DNA of 64,000 nucleotides, taken from Hydrolagus colliei. Taxonomy: Eukaryota. The notes beneath the pieces were generated by a model. That model had not been told where the DNA came from. It ran no database searches and worked only from the letters and a program-made list of their open reading frames with translations. How positions within the stretch are numbered: the first letter of the stretch is position 1; the number at the start of each line of letters is the position of its first letter. The stretch lies in the NCBI GenBank assembly GCA_035084275.1, contig CM068753.1, positions 8,432,001 through 8,496,000 on the forward strand, in the 5' to 3' direction. This document shows, in pieces, positions 39,201 through 52,200 of the stretch. Made by a program: the position numbers and the translations under genes.

Positions 39201-42200
39201 GTTTTATATTAATGTAAGTGTTTCTGACATCTTCAGAATATAAAATGCCAGAAACTGTGTAAAATATTATAACAAGGCTGAATTACGTTCAACCATCTTT
39301 ATACTGAATTTTGATGGGAATTTAATACTGTACTATAATGGACTAACACCCCCAAACTTGTGAACAGCATAACTCATTGGTTACACAGTACGTCTTGTAG
39401 TGCAGCCTGCGAGGGGTGCCTATGCAGTCAATGCAAGATGCAAATATAATCCAGAGGTGTTTGTGTTTACAAATAGGTTTTATTAAGTCATGGAAGTTTA
39501 CATATAGAAAATAAGGAAAGAAAGAATAAATGGTAATAGGATTTGCATGATCTGATTTTAATTTGGAGGATTCAATACTCTCTAAGTATCTAATGCTCAA
39601 GGTGGAGGAGTCCTGAAGCTCGGTAGTTAGAGAACTTGCCTCGCAAGCGAGAGACCCGGGTTTGATTCCTGTCAAGGCAAAACCTTATGCAAGGCTTCTT
39701 ACTCCATACGCCTAATTATAATCCTTCAAGAAAAAAAACAGTAATAAAATTAGTCACTCCAATCCACTACTGTTTGCAGGACACTGCTCTGCACAATTGG
39801 ATGCCATGCTTCGCCCACAAAGTATACAGTCAATTCACTTTACAGTATATTCTGTGAAGCGCTTTTAGAAATCCAGAAGACATGAAAAGGCGCTATTTCA
39901 AATGCAAGGATTATTATAATACTGTAACTTTGAGGCATTTTACACATGAAGAAAGCTGCTGACAGGAGAAAATATTCACATTTGTCCAACTTGCTAATTG
40001 ATTATTAAGATGTTCAGGGCATAATTCATAATATTGTTTCTTTTTTGAATTTGTATTAGAATTAGCAGCAGTAGTTTTGCAATTATGATTATGAATTGAG
40101 AGAGATTGTACTTGTTTTCTGGGCGGATATATGGAAAAGGGAACAACGTTGCCTTATTAGCAGGGCATTCATTCTATTGGAATTGCATGTCTTTAGTTGT
40201 GTTCTGAGACACTATCTAGTATGGAGGGCACTATATGAGTTGTTGATTTGTTATTTTTTCGCAAGAACCAGAAAGTTCTGAATGGAGTAAATTGGCCTTC
40301 CCTGCATTTATCGCACTCTGCTGTATGAACAATATAAAGCAGTATTAAGAATTTTTTGTGTACTTTTTCAGGATTTAATATTTTAGAGAAACTACATACA
40401 GTTAAAGATGCCATGAGGCACAGTGGATGTGCAATTGTTACAGTGCAATGTAGCTAGTTGCAGGTACTGTCATGTTCCCATCCTACTTTGTTGACTTTCT
40501 CACAGTTACTGTTATCAAACACATCTTGATGCTTTTTATCAACTTTAGTTTCCGCATCCTAAAGAAAGCATTTTTTTTCAATCTCCCTATTATCCTGTGG
40601 GGGGTGATGGAGAGAGATAAAGCTTTGTATCCTTGCTCTGACATTTTGGTAATCTGGTGTCTTTATTTTCAGTTTAATCTGTTGTTAGTTCTGCTACACA
40701 CAAAATTGGTTAATTATTTTTGTCTATTCAGACCTTTGCCTGAATTGTTGGCAGTGTTCCATCATGTAAAATCATTGACCTGTGGTTCATTGTATGTTGA
40801 TCACCTAATCCTGAATGGTGTTTACCTTCTGACTAAATTGCAGTGACATAAGCTTTGGAAGTTGGTGTTGGACTGAAACACATTTTAATGTTACAATATC
40901 TGTATTTGCTTCAAAAGGGGCACAATGAGAAGATTTTGATTACCTGGGCTGGTGGAAAACTACCTTGGCCGTAATGACGCCATTTCTTGAACAGAAGGGT
41001 CAAAATGACCAATTGGAGAGGATTTGGGTGTTAACCTTTGTGTTCGGTCGCTGATTGCCAGGCAATGTGAGCAGGGCTGTTCTGGTTCTGCAACAACAAA
41101 AGGTGCAGTTTTGAGTGGAATATCCTTGTGCTATTCCAATATCCAGTGCTATTTTCCTTGTCGATAAATTGCGTAGATCAGTAACATATTTGCACAGCCT
41201 CAAGGGAAGCAGGAGCTACACTTGGTTTGTGTTCTGCCTTTGTGTCCCAATGATGGATTGGGAAGAGGGATTAGGCTTTGAAATGGAAGCTTGATTCACT
41301 TATGTACACTGTACTCGCTCTATGCTATTCCTCTTGCAGTTTGTTCATGAGCTGAAAATAAATCAGAAAATCTGTACAGCAGTTATAGCTCATTAAAACA
41401 ACTCAAAGTTGGATTGGAAGGGAGTCCTGTAGGAATCATTTCTTGAAAGACCAGATGTGAAATACCTGCTATTTTAATGTGTGTGTAAGAATGCAACCGG
41501 CATCTAACACCTGCATTAAACACTTGCAACATGCTATACAGGTTTAAACTCATGTTACATGCTAAATTAAACACCTGTAACATGCATTGTAAACATTTTC
41601 ATTGATCAGCAACCACAGAATTACACTTGTATAGTGCCTTAGGGCTAACTTGATAAGCACATGATGACTCTGACTCTTAACTTTTGTTCCTCAACACTTT
41701 ATGGTGATTAAAACTGGTGAATTTGTGAAATGTAACAGAATCATGTGTAGGTATATGTGATTCCTGACTGTGTATATGCAATTACCCTTGGATTTGATAT
41801 AGTGTTACATCATCACAATTTCTCAGCAATTTGTGCACAAACATCCATGAAGTGAATGACCAGTTTTATGTGGAGGTTATTGGCCAGTCCACCCAGAGAG
41901 ATTGTCTTTCTTGTGGAAGGAGCTGCAAAGTCAGGGTTGTGTACTTCAGAAGAGCCTGGGCACTTGCAAATTTCAGTGTCTAAAGCAGTTAGGTTTTCAT
42001 TTTGATTATTTGGTTTCATACCAGTAGCTTCAGACATTTGTAAACAGGGCAGGTTATTATTTAAATCCTTCAAAGATATTTTGGTTCTAATAATTAAGCC
42101 ACCAAGAACATTTGAGTGGATGATGGGCTTCAGTTTAGCTTTTGTGAACAAAAACAACACATCGACTTGCACTTATGTAGCGCCCTCCAGAGCACTTTAC

Positions 42201-43210
42201 AGTGATGGAGTCTGACTCCGAGCTGGGGGAGAGGTGCCTTAAGCACGATGGAAGAGATTTTCAGGCAGGACTTGAAAAAGAAGAGAAAGGGGGCAACGCA
42301 GACAGATAGAGGCACAGTGTTCCAGAGTTTGGGAGTGCAGTGTGCGACCTATGGTGGGTGTGAGGAACGAGCAGGAGGCTGGTGTCAGTTGAGTATAGGG
42401 GCCGGGTGGTGGATTGGGGATTGAGGAGGTTGGAGAGGTAGGGAGTGAGTGGATCTTGAAGTCGATCCTTTCGGTGATGGGGAGCTAGTTGGTCCGGTCA
42501 GGATGTCCGCAGAGTTGAATCAGTTGGATCTTTTGAATGGTGGAGCTGGGGAGATCAAAGAGGAGTGTGTTGGAGTAATCCAGGTGGAGGTTACAAAACA
42601 TGAGGGTTTCAGCTGCATTTGGGGTAAGGTAGAGTGGGCAATACGGCGGAGGTGGAAGAAGGCGGTCCTGGTCAGGGACCAGATGTGGGAGGAAGGGAGG
42701 ACAGCTTGGGGCCGAACCGAAATCGTAGCAGAATAAATGGAGGGAATTCTGGTCATTATATACAATGGAATTTGACTATGCTCTGCTTCACTGCACTTGA
42801 GAATATAAGATAGTTGTCACTCTACTGTGACACTGAAAGAAGGCATTGTCTCATTTTAATGCCCTTTTGAAAATCTTCAGACAAAGCATTTTATTTATTT
42901 TGCAGTAAATCAGGTTCCCATTTTAAAGCCGATCTCTTCTGGTAACTGTCACTGAGAAGTCGTTGAGTTGCTTTGCAATAGGATAGGAAGCCATTGGATG
43001 TTTTTGTAGATGGGTTGAGAATAAATATCAGGTTCACTGTTGGTGGTGACTGTAAAAAGAGAAAGATAGTGGAATGCTATCTATAGAACTGGCCACCTAT
43101 GGTGGCTCCATTTTCCTTGTGTCTCTCACTCAATCCCTCCGCCTTGCCCACGTTCTCACCTCTTTCAAGTCCTGCCTGAAAACATTCCTCTTCAACTGTG
43201 CTTATGGCAA

Positions 43211-43248
<38 letters not shown>

Positions 43249-46200
43249 ACCCCGCTAGCATTTTTTGCGCATATTATGATCAATTTGATTCTATTTTATA
43301 TCGTTACTTATTTTAGGTGTTTTGTTCTGGACTGGGTTTGTTTGAGACTTAATGTTAATGCATGGATGAGGCATGTTATTCACCTTGTGGCTTCCGCATC
43401 CAGCCCAAACTGATCTAATGGAAGGATTGTTCTTTTTCCAATCACAGTTGGTCTAGAATATGGTGTATTTTTGTCTTCTGAGCAGCTTGGATTTAAGAAA
43501 GCAACTGTTCTGACCAAATAATTTCTCTGTTTAAGATCTTTGCATCGTATTATGTTCTGAGGTCAAAATTCCAACTTCCATTCTATGTTACTGTTCTCAT
43601 CAGTCGTCAAGTGAGATTGGAATCACTTGCGGGACATGAAAGGAGATAACATTTCAACTTTGCAGCTTCATCTGGATGTTTCCCACCTCTAGGTTATCCA
43701 TCAATTCCAATTTATGATTGAATTTAATATTTGCATTTCCCTTAGTGCGCTAATACTTTAGTACACGACGATCTGAATTTGTGTAAATGATCTCCCTTCT
43801 GTTTCCTTCTCCTTCCCGTGGGGAGAGGGACTGAAGCAGCTCCCCCTTAATTGCACTTTCTCTAACCAATATTAGTAGCAGATTACAGTTATAAGTATCT
43901 CTTTAGTACCTTCCAACTCTTGCTGTAACTGAATTCAACCCATTATGATGCATTAAACCTGTTACGAATCTTCGTGCTTGCTGCCAATTCCTCCCCCACT
44001 TTAGTCTACTTGGTCATTTGCAATATAGTGAAGCAACAGTAATTATTTTCCAGTAATTATATAGTGTTTCGGATTAAATGTTCAACAAGTGAGGTGGTTT
44101 AAAAGATTGAAGTGGTTGGCACAGATTGAGGACACTTGTGTACACTTGCTTTCAATATGTGGTGGGTATTGTTAGTTGGAGAGCAGAGTGCTATCTGATG
44201 TTTGCCTGTAGAAAATGTTTGTTAAACAATCTGCATCATCAATTTCCATAATTAAATAGTTCCAGTGAGACCAGCCATTGAGGTATTTGATATCATAGAA
44301 GTGAAGCAGAGGCCTGGCTAATGATGTAACATTCTGCCTGCTGCACCAGTCTGCTCACCAGAACCTCAGTATTTCTTATATAAATCTTTGGCTGCATTCC
44401 TTGAACACGCCAAGAGGAAGGAGATGAAATCTTTCCAGATATTTTTTGTCAGGTGTGACTGAGCCATTTATTTCTAAGAGTTCATTTTGTTTGAAGTAAA
44501 AGCAGTGGTATGAAACGTTTCCAGTGTGTGAGTGCAAAGATGATTGGAGCGATGAGCCCATATTTCAACAGCAGCTTCAATCTATTTTACTGAGTTTTAA
44601 CAGGCAGTGACGTTCTTCGGTTCTGTATTTTCTAGAAGTTTCCATTGAGCGTGTACAGCTTAATCTGAGTTTCAATTTGTTTCTGATTTATTCAACCTTA
44701 ATATCTAGCGTTTCACAGGATTTACTGTAAAGGGTGTCATTGTGTATTTTGAAGGCGATTGCATCAGTCAATTTGCACACAGCAGTGTTTCACAACATCA
44801 AGTCGATGACCAATTTTATCTGGGGGCTTGTTGACCAGAACACAGCAAGAAACTTTATTTGCATAGCTTTTGGGAGGAGAGATGGCCACATAACTGCACC
44901 TGAGCAAAGTGGTAATTGGTAAATCCATGGGAACAGATCCACTGCATTCATTTGGTAACAATTAAACAAATGTTTCACATTTTTAGTAATATTATTGCTG
45001 TTATAAACCAGGAGAGGCAAAGCATTAACCTGGTTCTAAAGCCTCAGGAAACATCTAAATGCAATGAAATGTTAACCAAGATGTGAACAAGATTTTTAAA
45101 AACAAAACGTGATAAATTGGGCCTTCTTTCACTTAAGCTGAGCAGGTTGATTGGCACCCTCATGGAGGTATCCAAGATAATGAAGGATTAGAGCAGGGCA
45201 AATGTTCACTAGTTGGAGAGGTGCTGCCAAGAGGGCACAAGTTATGATTATCGACTGATGATTTAAAAAGGAAGTTAAAAAGAATTACGTAGAGGATGGA
45301 TGGATTGTTGCATTCTGTGCCATAAACTGCTGTCAAACCGAGTCTATCAATTATCTTGAAAGGGAATTAGGCAGATGCTTGGAAAAGTAGATGAGGCTAT
45401 GGAGAGAGAGCTAGAGAGTTGGATGAGGTGCTTTTGTGGTGAATACCCACTGGCCATTTCTGTGCTCTAATGTTTTATGATTTTTTAATTAGATTACAGT
45501 AGGAACTAACCGTAAAAGGAATGTGTGGAGCACTGAAACCAGTTGCCCTAACTGTTGATATCAGGAAGTGTTTCCAATTTATGTCAATGCAATTCAGAAA
45601 TGGGCACCGTTCTGGAAGGAAATTTTAATTTGGGTGCAAATTCTCACAGTGAAGTGGGAATCCGAGTAACGTTGCCTAGCAACACTCCCGCTTATAGATT
45701 CTAATTGAGCCTTATTGTCCTGTGTGGATGAGATACCCACCCACTTACTGAGTATACTTTGGTCTTGTTTATTCTTACATAACTACAGAATGAGAAATCC
45801 CTCAAAGATTAGTTAATAAAGAAAACTAATGAAAAGCATAAGATGCTTGGACAAACCCCAAGATAAGTGAACTGGAAATCTCGTAATTTTCTATAATTAG
45901 CATTGAACTGCTGATCACTGTGACACCATCTCGCTATCAGTTAAACACAGTCCTGCCAGCTCTCACAACATGTAAAATCCATGCCTGAATACTGATGAGG
46001 AACCAATTCCTATTTCACTTCAGGAAGTTCTCACTGATTAATGTCCTGCATGCATTCATCCATCCGTCTTGCTCAATGTGTTTCTTCATTACATCCAATA
46101 CTATTTTAATTTTGAGGGTCACATTGATAGGCAGCTGCTCTGACCATAAAACTATGGAACATTTGGTGTATAAATAAAATAGAAACAAATTACAGAACAA

Positions 46201-49200
46201 TTAATGTGAACTCCAATCTTGAGTTAACTCTTGCTTTTGTTTATTTAAAACGAACCTCCAAGAAATGGTTGGCTGTACGATTGATACTGGTTTGACCCGA
46301 GTCTGCTTCTAACGTCAGTGCTCGCCTGAACTGACTGGAGTCGAGCTTTGATCAGTGCCATGTGTTTGCAGACAGCAGAGATCTCTGTATGGTGCCTGAC
46401 GTTAGCCCGATAAGATCCCTGCTATGCTGCTGGTCCATAGAATTTAAAAGGTCAAAGATTTGTAGCTTTATCAACCTTCAAACGTCAGCCTGATACCTGG
46501 AGTTAACCTGCTAGTCAAACCAGGGACGTGTAAAATCCAGGATCACAGCCTGATAGCACAAGCCATTACACAGCAATGTCACATAGGGAATAATGGGATG
46601 TTTGGAGCAATTCTACGTATTTAAAATCTGCTCAAAAAGCTCAGATAACCTTACCCACAAAGAACTAGTCTTAATGAGTTACTAAACATAAACATCCTGA
46701 TTATGAACTTCACCTGCATGACTTAGTTTACATGTTTAATCTACCAGGATTCATTTAAGTCGTATTCTAGGGCAGGGTATCATCCCGTGACACCTGTTTG
46801 ATTTCAGATCTATTGAATGAAAGAATTGTCACTGTAAATTGTTCTGTCACACTGTGTTTTCTCCTCTCTATTTCAGCTACAATGACCAGATAACCCATCT
46901 ACCGATACTGCAGTGGTGTTTACTTATTGTATGGAATAGCATTTTGCCATTCTGTCTGGTCAAATACTTTTTATGTTTCCGTAATCATTTTTTTCAACCA
47001 TGAGGAATCGTTTGCATAAAATTGCCTTTGCATTAAATCTGTACCAAGTGTAATGGTTCTCCTTGACACGTGCCTTCTGCTATCCCCATTGTGTCAGCTC
47101 TTTGTTAGTATTAATGGCTTGGGGTTGAACTGTGGTGGAAATATTTTTACCTGATGTATAGAGGCTCTATGGTGGTGTGTAAACTATCCAGTACAGTATG
47201 TTACTTGATAAAGTGCAAAACCAAGCAAATATCCAGTGTGTTGTCGCCAGGTAATTTCATTGCTCAGTGAAATGATTCAGTACAAATTGTCCATGATATT
47301 AGAAATGCACAATCTTGATGGTTATCTGACATTAGCAACAAGAGTTATTACAATGCAGGGATTTGAAATGAATGCTCTTATCATATCATCCTCACTTTTA
47401 AATGCTTTTATGGTCTTGCCGAATTCTACCCCTGTACCTTCTTAAAACCTGCCATCTACCTGCCCCACCATTAGGGGTCGGGCTTTCAGCCTATCTGACC
47501 CAACTCTCTGGAACTCCATTCCAGATTCCCTTAGCCTCGCCCCTTCCTTCACCTCCTTCACAAGATCCATCTCAAAGCTTTCATATTTGACCAAAGCTTT
47601 GGTCATCTTTTATTCCCGCCCCAACGGTCCTGAATACAGCTCAGATCAGCTGCAAGTCCTCAACTGTCCAATGCATTGGAACTTCCTTCTGATATGAAAG
47701 GCTCTATATAAATGTACTTTGTTATTATTACTGTGATGTCCTTCATGCTGAACTCTGAAAGTGTTTCCTTTTGACAACTCCAAAAAGGAATTGAATGTCC
47801 GTCAACTCACCCTGTCTTCGGACAAAGACAAGTACGGCATCCAGCTAAGGGCAGAACCAGATCACATGGTGCTGGGCAAACGGCTGAAGGGAGCATTCAG
47901 ATCAGTCACAGCAGCTATCAGAGGCCTGCAGAGCAATCAGCTGGAGGAGTTCCAAACAACAGGTGAGCATTGGGAAGGCTGTTTGTAGTACAGAGTCACA
48001 CCTTGTCCAGAATATTGACCTCATAGTTGAGCAAGGGGACTCTGTTGTCTTTGTTGCTGGGTGAACATCACTTCCAGTATTGTTTTGAAGACTGGCAAAT
48101 GTTATAAGTTTAATTCTGTCATAATAACTAATACAATAACAAATATTTTGGACACAGACTTTTTATTATCATGTCTTATTTTCAGTCGATACCTTTCCTG
48201 GGAGTAAATGTGCACACGATTGGGACACTTTGTAAGCTTCAAGTTCGTATGTTTCTATTGGTTTCGTTTTTAATATAGGAATACACCGAGCTAATTAACA
48301 GATCAATCCCAATGCCATCTTGCATCTGTAGAGCTCTGATCCTAACCGGGTAATGATGCAGATTGTCAAACAAATGATTTCACTTTGTTTGCACACTGGC
48401 TGTACATTGAGGGAGTACATTGCTGAAGGTGAGGCTGATCCCTGTCTTGCAATTACATCTGTGATTCATCAGAGTGAATGTGATACAAACATTGATTAGC
48501 TGATCCGTTCACGTGATCTGTACAATTGCTGAATTGAGCCTTGCACCCCTGCAAAATTGTCAAAACTTGATTTCTTTAAATTGTTCTCTGGTCGTGTATC
48601 TCTGTGATCGTATCCATGAAGACTGTTGCGCTAAGTGTAAACTGTCCATTCGGCAGGCATCATCATGGTTGAAGGGCACGAACTCCATGAAGAGGATTTA
48701 CGCTTGATGTACACATTTGAGCAAAGTGCAGACAAAGCTGCCCAATACGAGGCCCATTCTGATGCCCAGGTGAGTGTGGGACGCTGCCTGGTTTGAAGGG
48801 CGCTGTATAAATGTTGTGGTTGTGAGTGGTGCTGACATTCATTATTGATGTTTGGGGTATAATGCTCAGGGAAGTTTCTTACAATTGCCAGAAAGGCATG
48901 GATTTTGAGGGGTGTTTACATGCCATTCAGGTGCGAGGCCTTGCACTTGACTGTGATCTCCGTCACAATTCATCCCTGTGAAAACTCACATTGTTTGTTA
49001 GGTCAGGGTATTAACGATATGGGGCAAGGGTGGTTTACTTGAGATACAGATCAGCCATGATCTTATAGAATGGTGGAACATGTTTGAGGGGTTGAATGGC
49101 CTCCTCCTACTTCGATGTTTCTATCAATGCACACTGTACAACACACTAGAGGTTGCTTGGTGGCTATATTAATGTATGCCAAGACACGAAAAATATTGGT

Positions 49201-52200
49201 GAATTGAGCGCAAGTCAGAATAATATTTCCTCATAAAAAAGGTGTTTGAATTGAATTTTTGGGCACTGTAAAGCATTGGTACGCTTTGCTTTGGGTTGTC
49301 CTCCTGACGTGAAAGCTGCTTTACAAATGTAATTTTGTTGTTTAAAAAAAATTTCATCTGGCTTCTTGAAACGGGAAAGCTGTAGATTGTTACTGGAGGT
49401 AAAAGATGTTAAGAGCACGTGCTTGTTGTACCCTTTTACTGGTAGCTTGCCATTAGCTTGCCATTATTGGTGAGGTTAAAAGTACCTCAATCAAAAGGTT
49501 TGTTTTCCAGGCTCTGGTGCTGTTGGATGTTACGCCTGACCAGTCTATGGTAGAAGAAGGAGTTGCACGAGAAGTCATAAATCGAATCCAAAAGCTCAGG
49601 AAGAAGGTCTGATATATGATTTATTAATGTAAAACATGAAAGATACAAAACACTATTCAGTTTTAAAAAAATTAATATATCGTCTTCAACCCCTACCCAC
49701 CCCCATTAATTTGTGATATTTGCAGAAGGATTTGTAGCTGTGATTCCCAGATATGCAACTGCCAACTTTACAGTTTTCCACTTGGAATTCAGAACAGAGA
49801 ACAACATCCTAGTGGAGTTCAGAACCTGCAACCTATTCAGGATTTGCTGGTTTCAACTCCTTTTCACAATATCACTAATTAATGACCACTATAAATAATT
49901 CCCTTATAAAGCCCAGGGCCAAACTGCGTACGAGGATTCAATAATGAGAGCTTGTTGCATTCCATGTTGCATTCTTTTGAAGAGTAACTTTTCCCAAAGG
50001 TGATATCTTGCACAGAGAACATTGAATGGTGTTCTGAGGCAGTGACAGTATTTGAAGTTTAAATGTTATTTTTTTTTAAAATAACTTAATCTCAACTCCT
50101 TTAGTTGGCAAATACCAACGCAAAATGTTAACCTAATTCTAATTTAATTTCTGTTTTAAGGGGTTTTAGTCAGCCTTTAATTTAACAGATTGTACTGGAG
50201 ATTAGGTCAAAATTTCAGTAGTTAACGAAGTTTGTTTGGCCGAAAAGATATAGGCGAAAATTATTCTCCTTCACTATTGGGCTTAATTTCAATTTTTTTA
50301 ATACTAAAACTGATTTTTTTGGGGAATGGAATTTCTTCCCAACTGGAAGCTGACAACCTGCCTGAATCATCTTGTACCCATTCAGTGGATACCTACTTTC
50401 TAGCTCAAACCTATATCACCCTGAAGGCAGGAAATGATTGGCGCCTAAACGGATTAACCCAACATCACTTTGCTCAGACATGTTGAAATGCACCAGGCGA
50501 TGGTTGCCTAGTATGAAAGCCTCCAACACTTGGTCAGCGAGGACCTTTGGATTATCCAGTCATGCAGCATATTGGTCAACCTTCTAAACCATGTACATTA
50601 TTTACACCTTTTCTGGCAGATCTATTTTTGAAACCTATTAAATATTTGAAATAGTTCTTTCAAAGAAACCATGCTGTTTTACCCTGGTAATGATTGTTGA
50701 CATATTTTGATCCTGACAGTTGCAATTGGCTGTAGCATCGTGCTCCACAATAATTTTCTTCATAAATAGATGTTTTAAATTGAACCATTCAATTTGTATA
50801 GTAAAACAACTAATAACATTATAACCAGAGGCGTATGGTTTCCAGTTTCACGTATTTAGGTGAGGATTTTAGAGCTGTGTGTAATTGCTTCTTTGCTTGT
50901 TTTCAGATTCCTACACTAACCTGAATAATGCCTTGCCGTGATTTTTAGCCAATAGTGGAATACTAATTGTTTATTATTTTTGTTTCAAATTGTATTTGTG
51001 TGAAATAGTTACCCCAGGGCAAGCTGAGATCAATCCTGGGATCTCCCTGCTCTGACACAAACTGAATACATAGTTTACTCAGGAGATGTGGTTGTAAATA
51101 TGTGCATGGCGAGCTTCACAAAGCTGTGTGTGTGTATTCTCAGAAATTGGGCAGTGAAATATGTTATGATGAGGGAATGGGGTGGCGGCGGGGTAGATTA
51201 AATTGGGGAAAAGTAACTTTATTGATTAATTTTGCTGATATATTGTGTATTTGTGTGAAAATTAGTTTATTAAAAGATAACTAGTAGTCCTTCAGTACAC
51301 TCTGCACTATCCTGTCGACATTCTTACGAACGATGAACTGATTCACAATAAGAAAAAATGGTGATGATTGTGTCATGTTTGTTTGCAGGCTCACCTGGTG
51401 CCCTCGGATCAGATCACAGTATATTACAGCTCTCAGCCAGGAGATTACCTGGACACGGTCATTAGGAATCACACTGAGTTTATCTTGGGAACTATCAAAA
51501 CTCCATTGAAGCTTTACCCTGTACCAATTTCTGCAGAAGTGATTATACAGGAGACCACACAGGTAAGGTTTGCACATGTTGCTGCTGAATTAGTGAGGGA
51601 CAGTGTTGGGTTTGAGCATGTGTGCACAATGTCCATCCAGTCCATACAGGAAAGGCTCATTGAAAATTTACAGTCAGCAAAATGCCCCGTCCATTTTGTT
51701 TCCAAATATTGATGCTCTAAACTTCAATCTTGGAATCAACTTAGATATTAAGCTGACCTGTGCAAAAATTAACCACATTTTATACACATTTTGTAATTCT
51801 TCGAATTTATTTGATGTCATGATCTTTCCTTTCTCGGCCCCTCATTCTGTGTATGTTGTCCTTGTTACTTCACCAAGTCTGAGATCCGAAATCAAAGACA
51901 ATGTGTTGGAAACCCATCCCAGCATTATCCCATGTGTTTCAGGCACTGTCCTTCAGCAGGACTGGAGCTGAGGGATGTTTTGTCACTTTGTCCTGGTGGG
52001 AAGTGTCTTTTTCCTGCTTTGAAGTTCCTCGTAGCAATACGACTAAAATTGCAAACTCATTGACGACTAAAATTGCAAACTCATTGACAACAAAAATTCA
52101 ACCTCTGTTCTTACTGACACGGTCGAGGCATCATGTGCCATTGGACTCTCAGTGACTCTTACCCAGCATTTTCTAAAATAGAACTAATCTGGTTATTTTC

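Noticed and set aside
35855-47787. U12-type intron
   Set aside because: Donor is gtaagt, not gtatcctt; no U12 donors seen in any IARS1 or NOL8 intron
52039-52098. CRISPR-like or functional repeat array
   Set aside because: Simple spacer-less tandem duplication in a vertebrate intron
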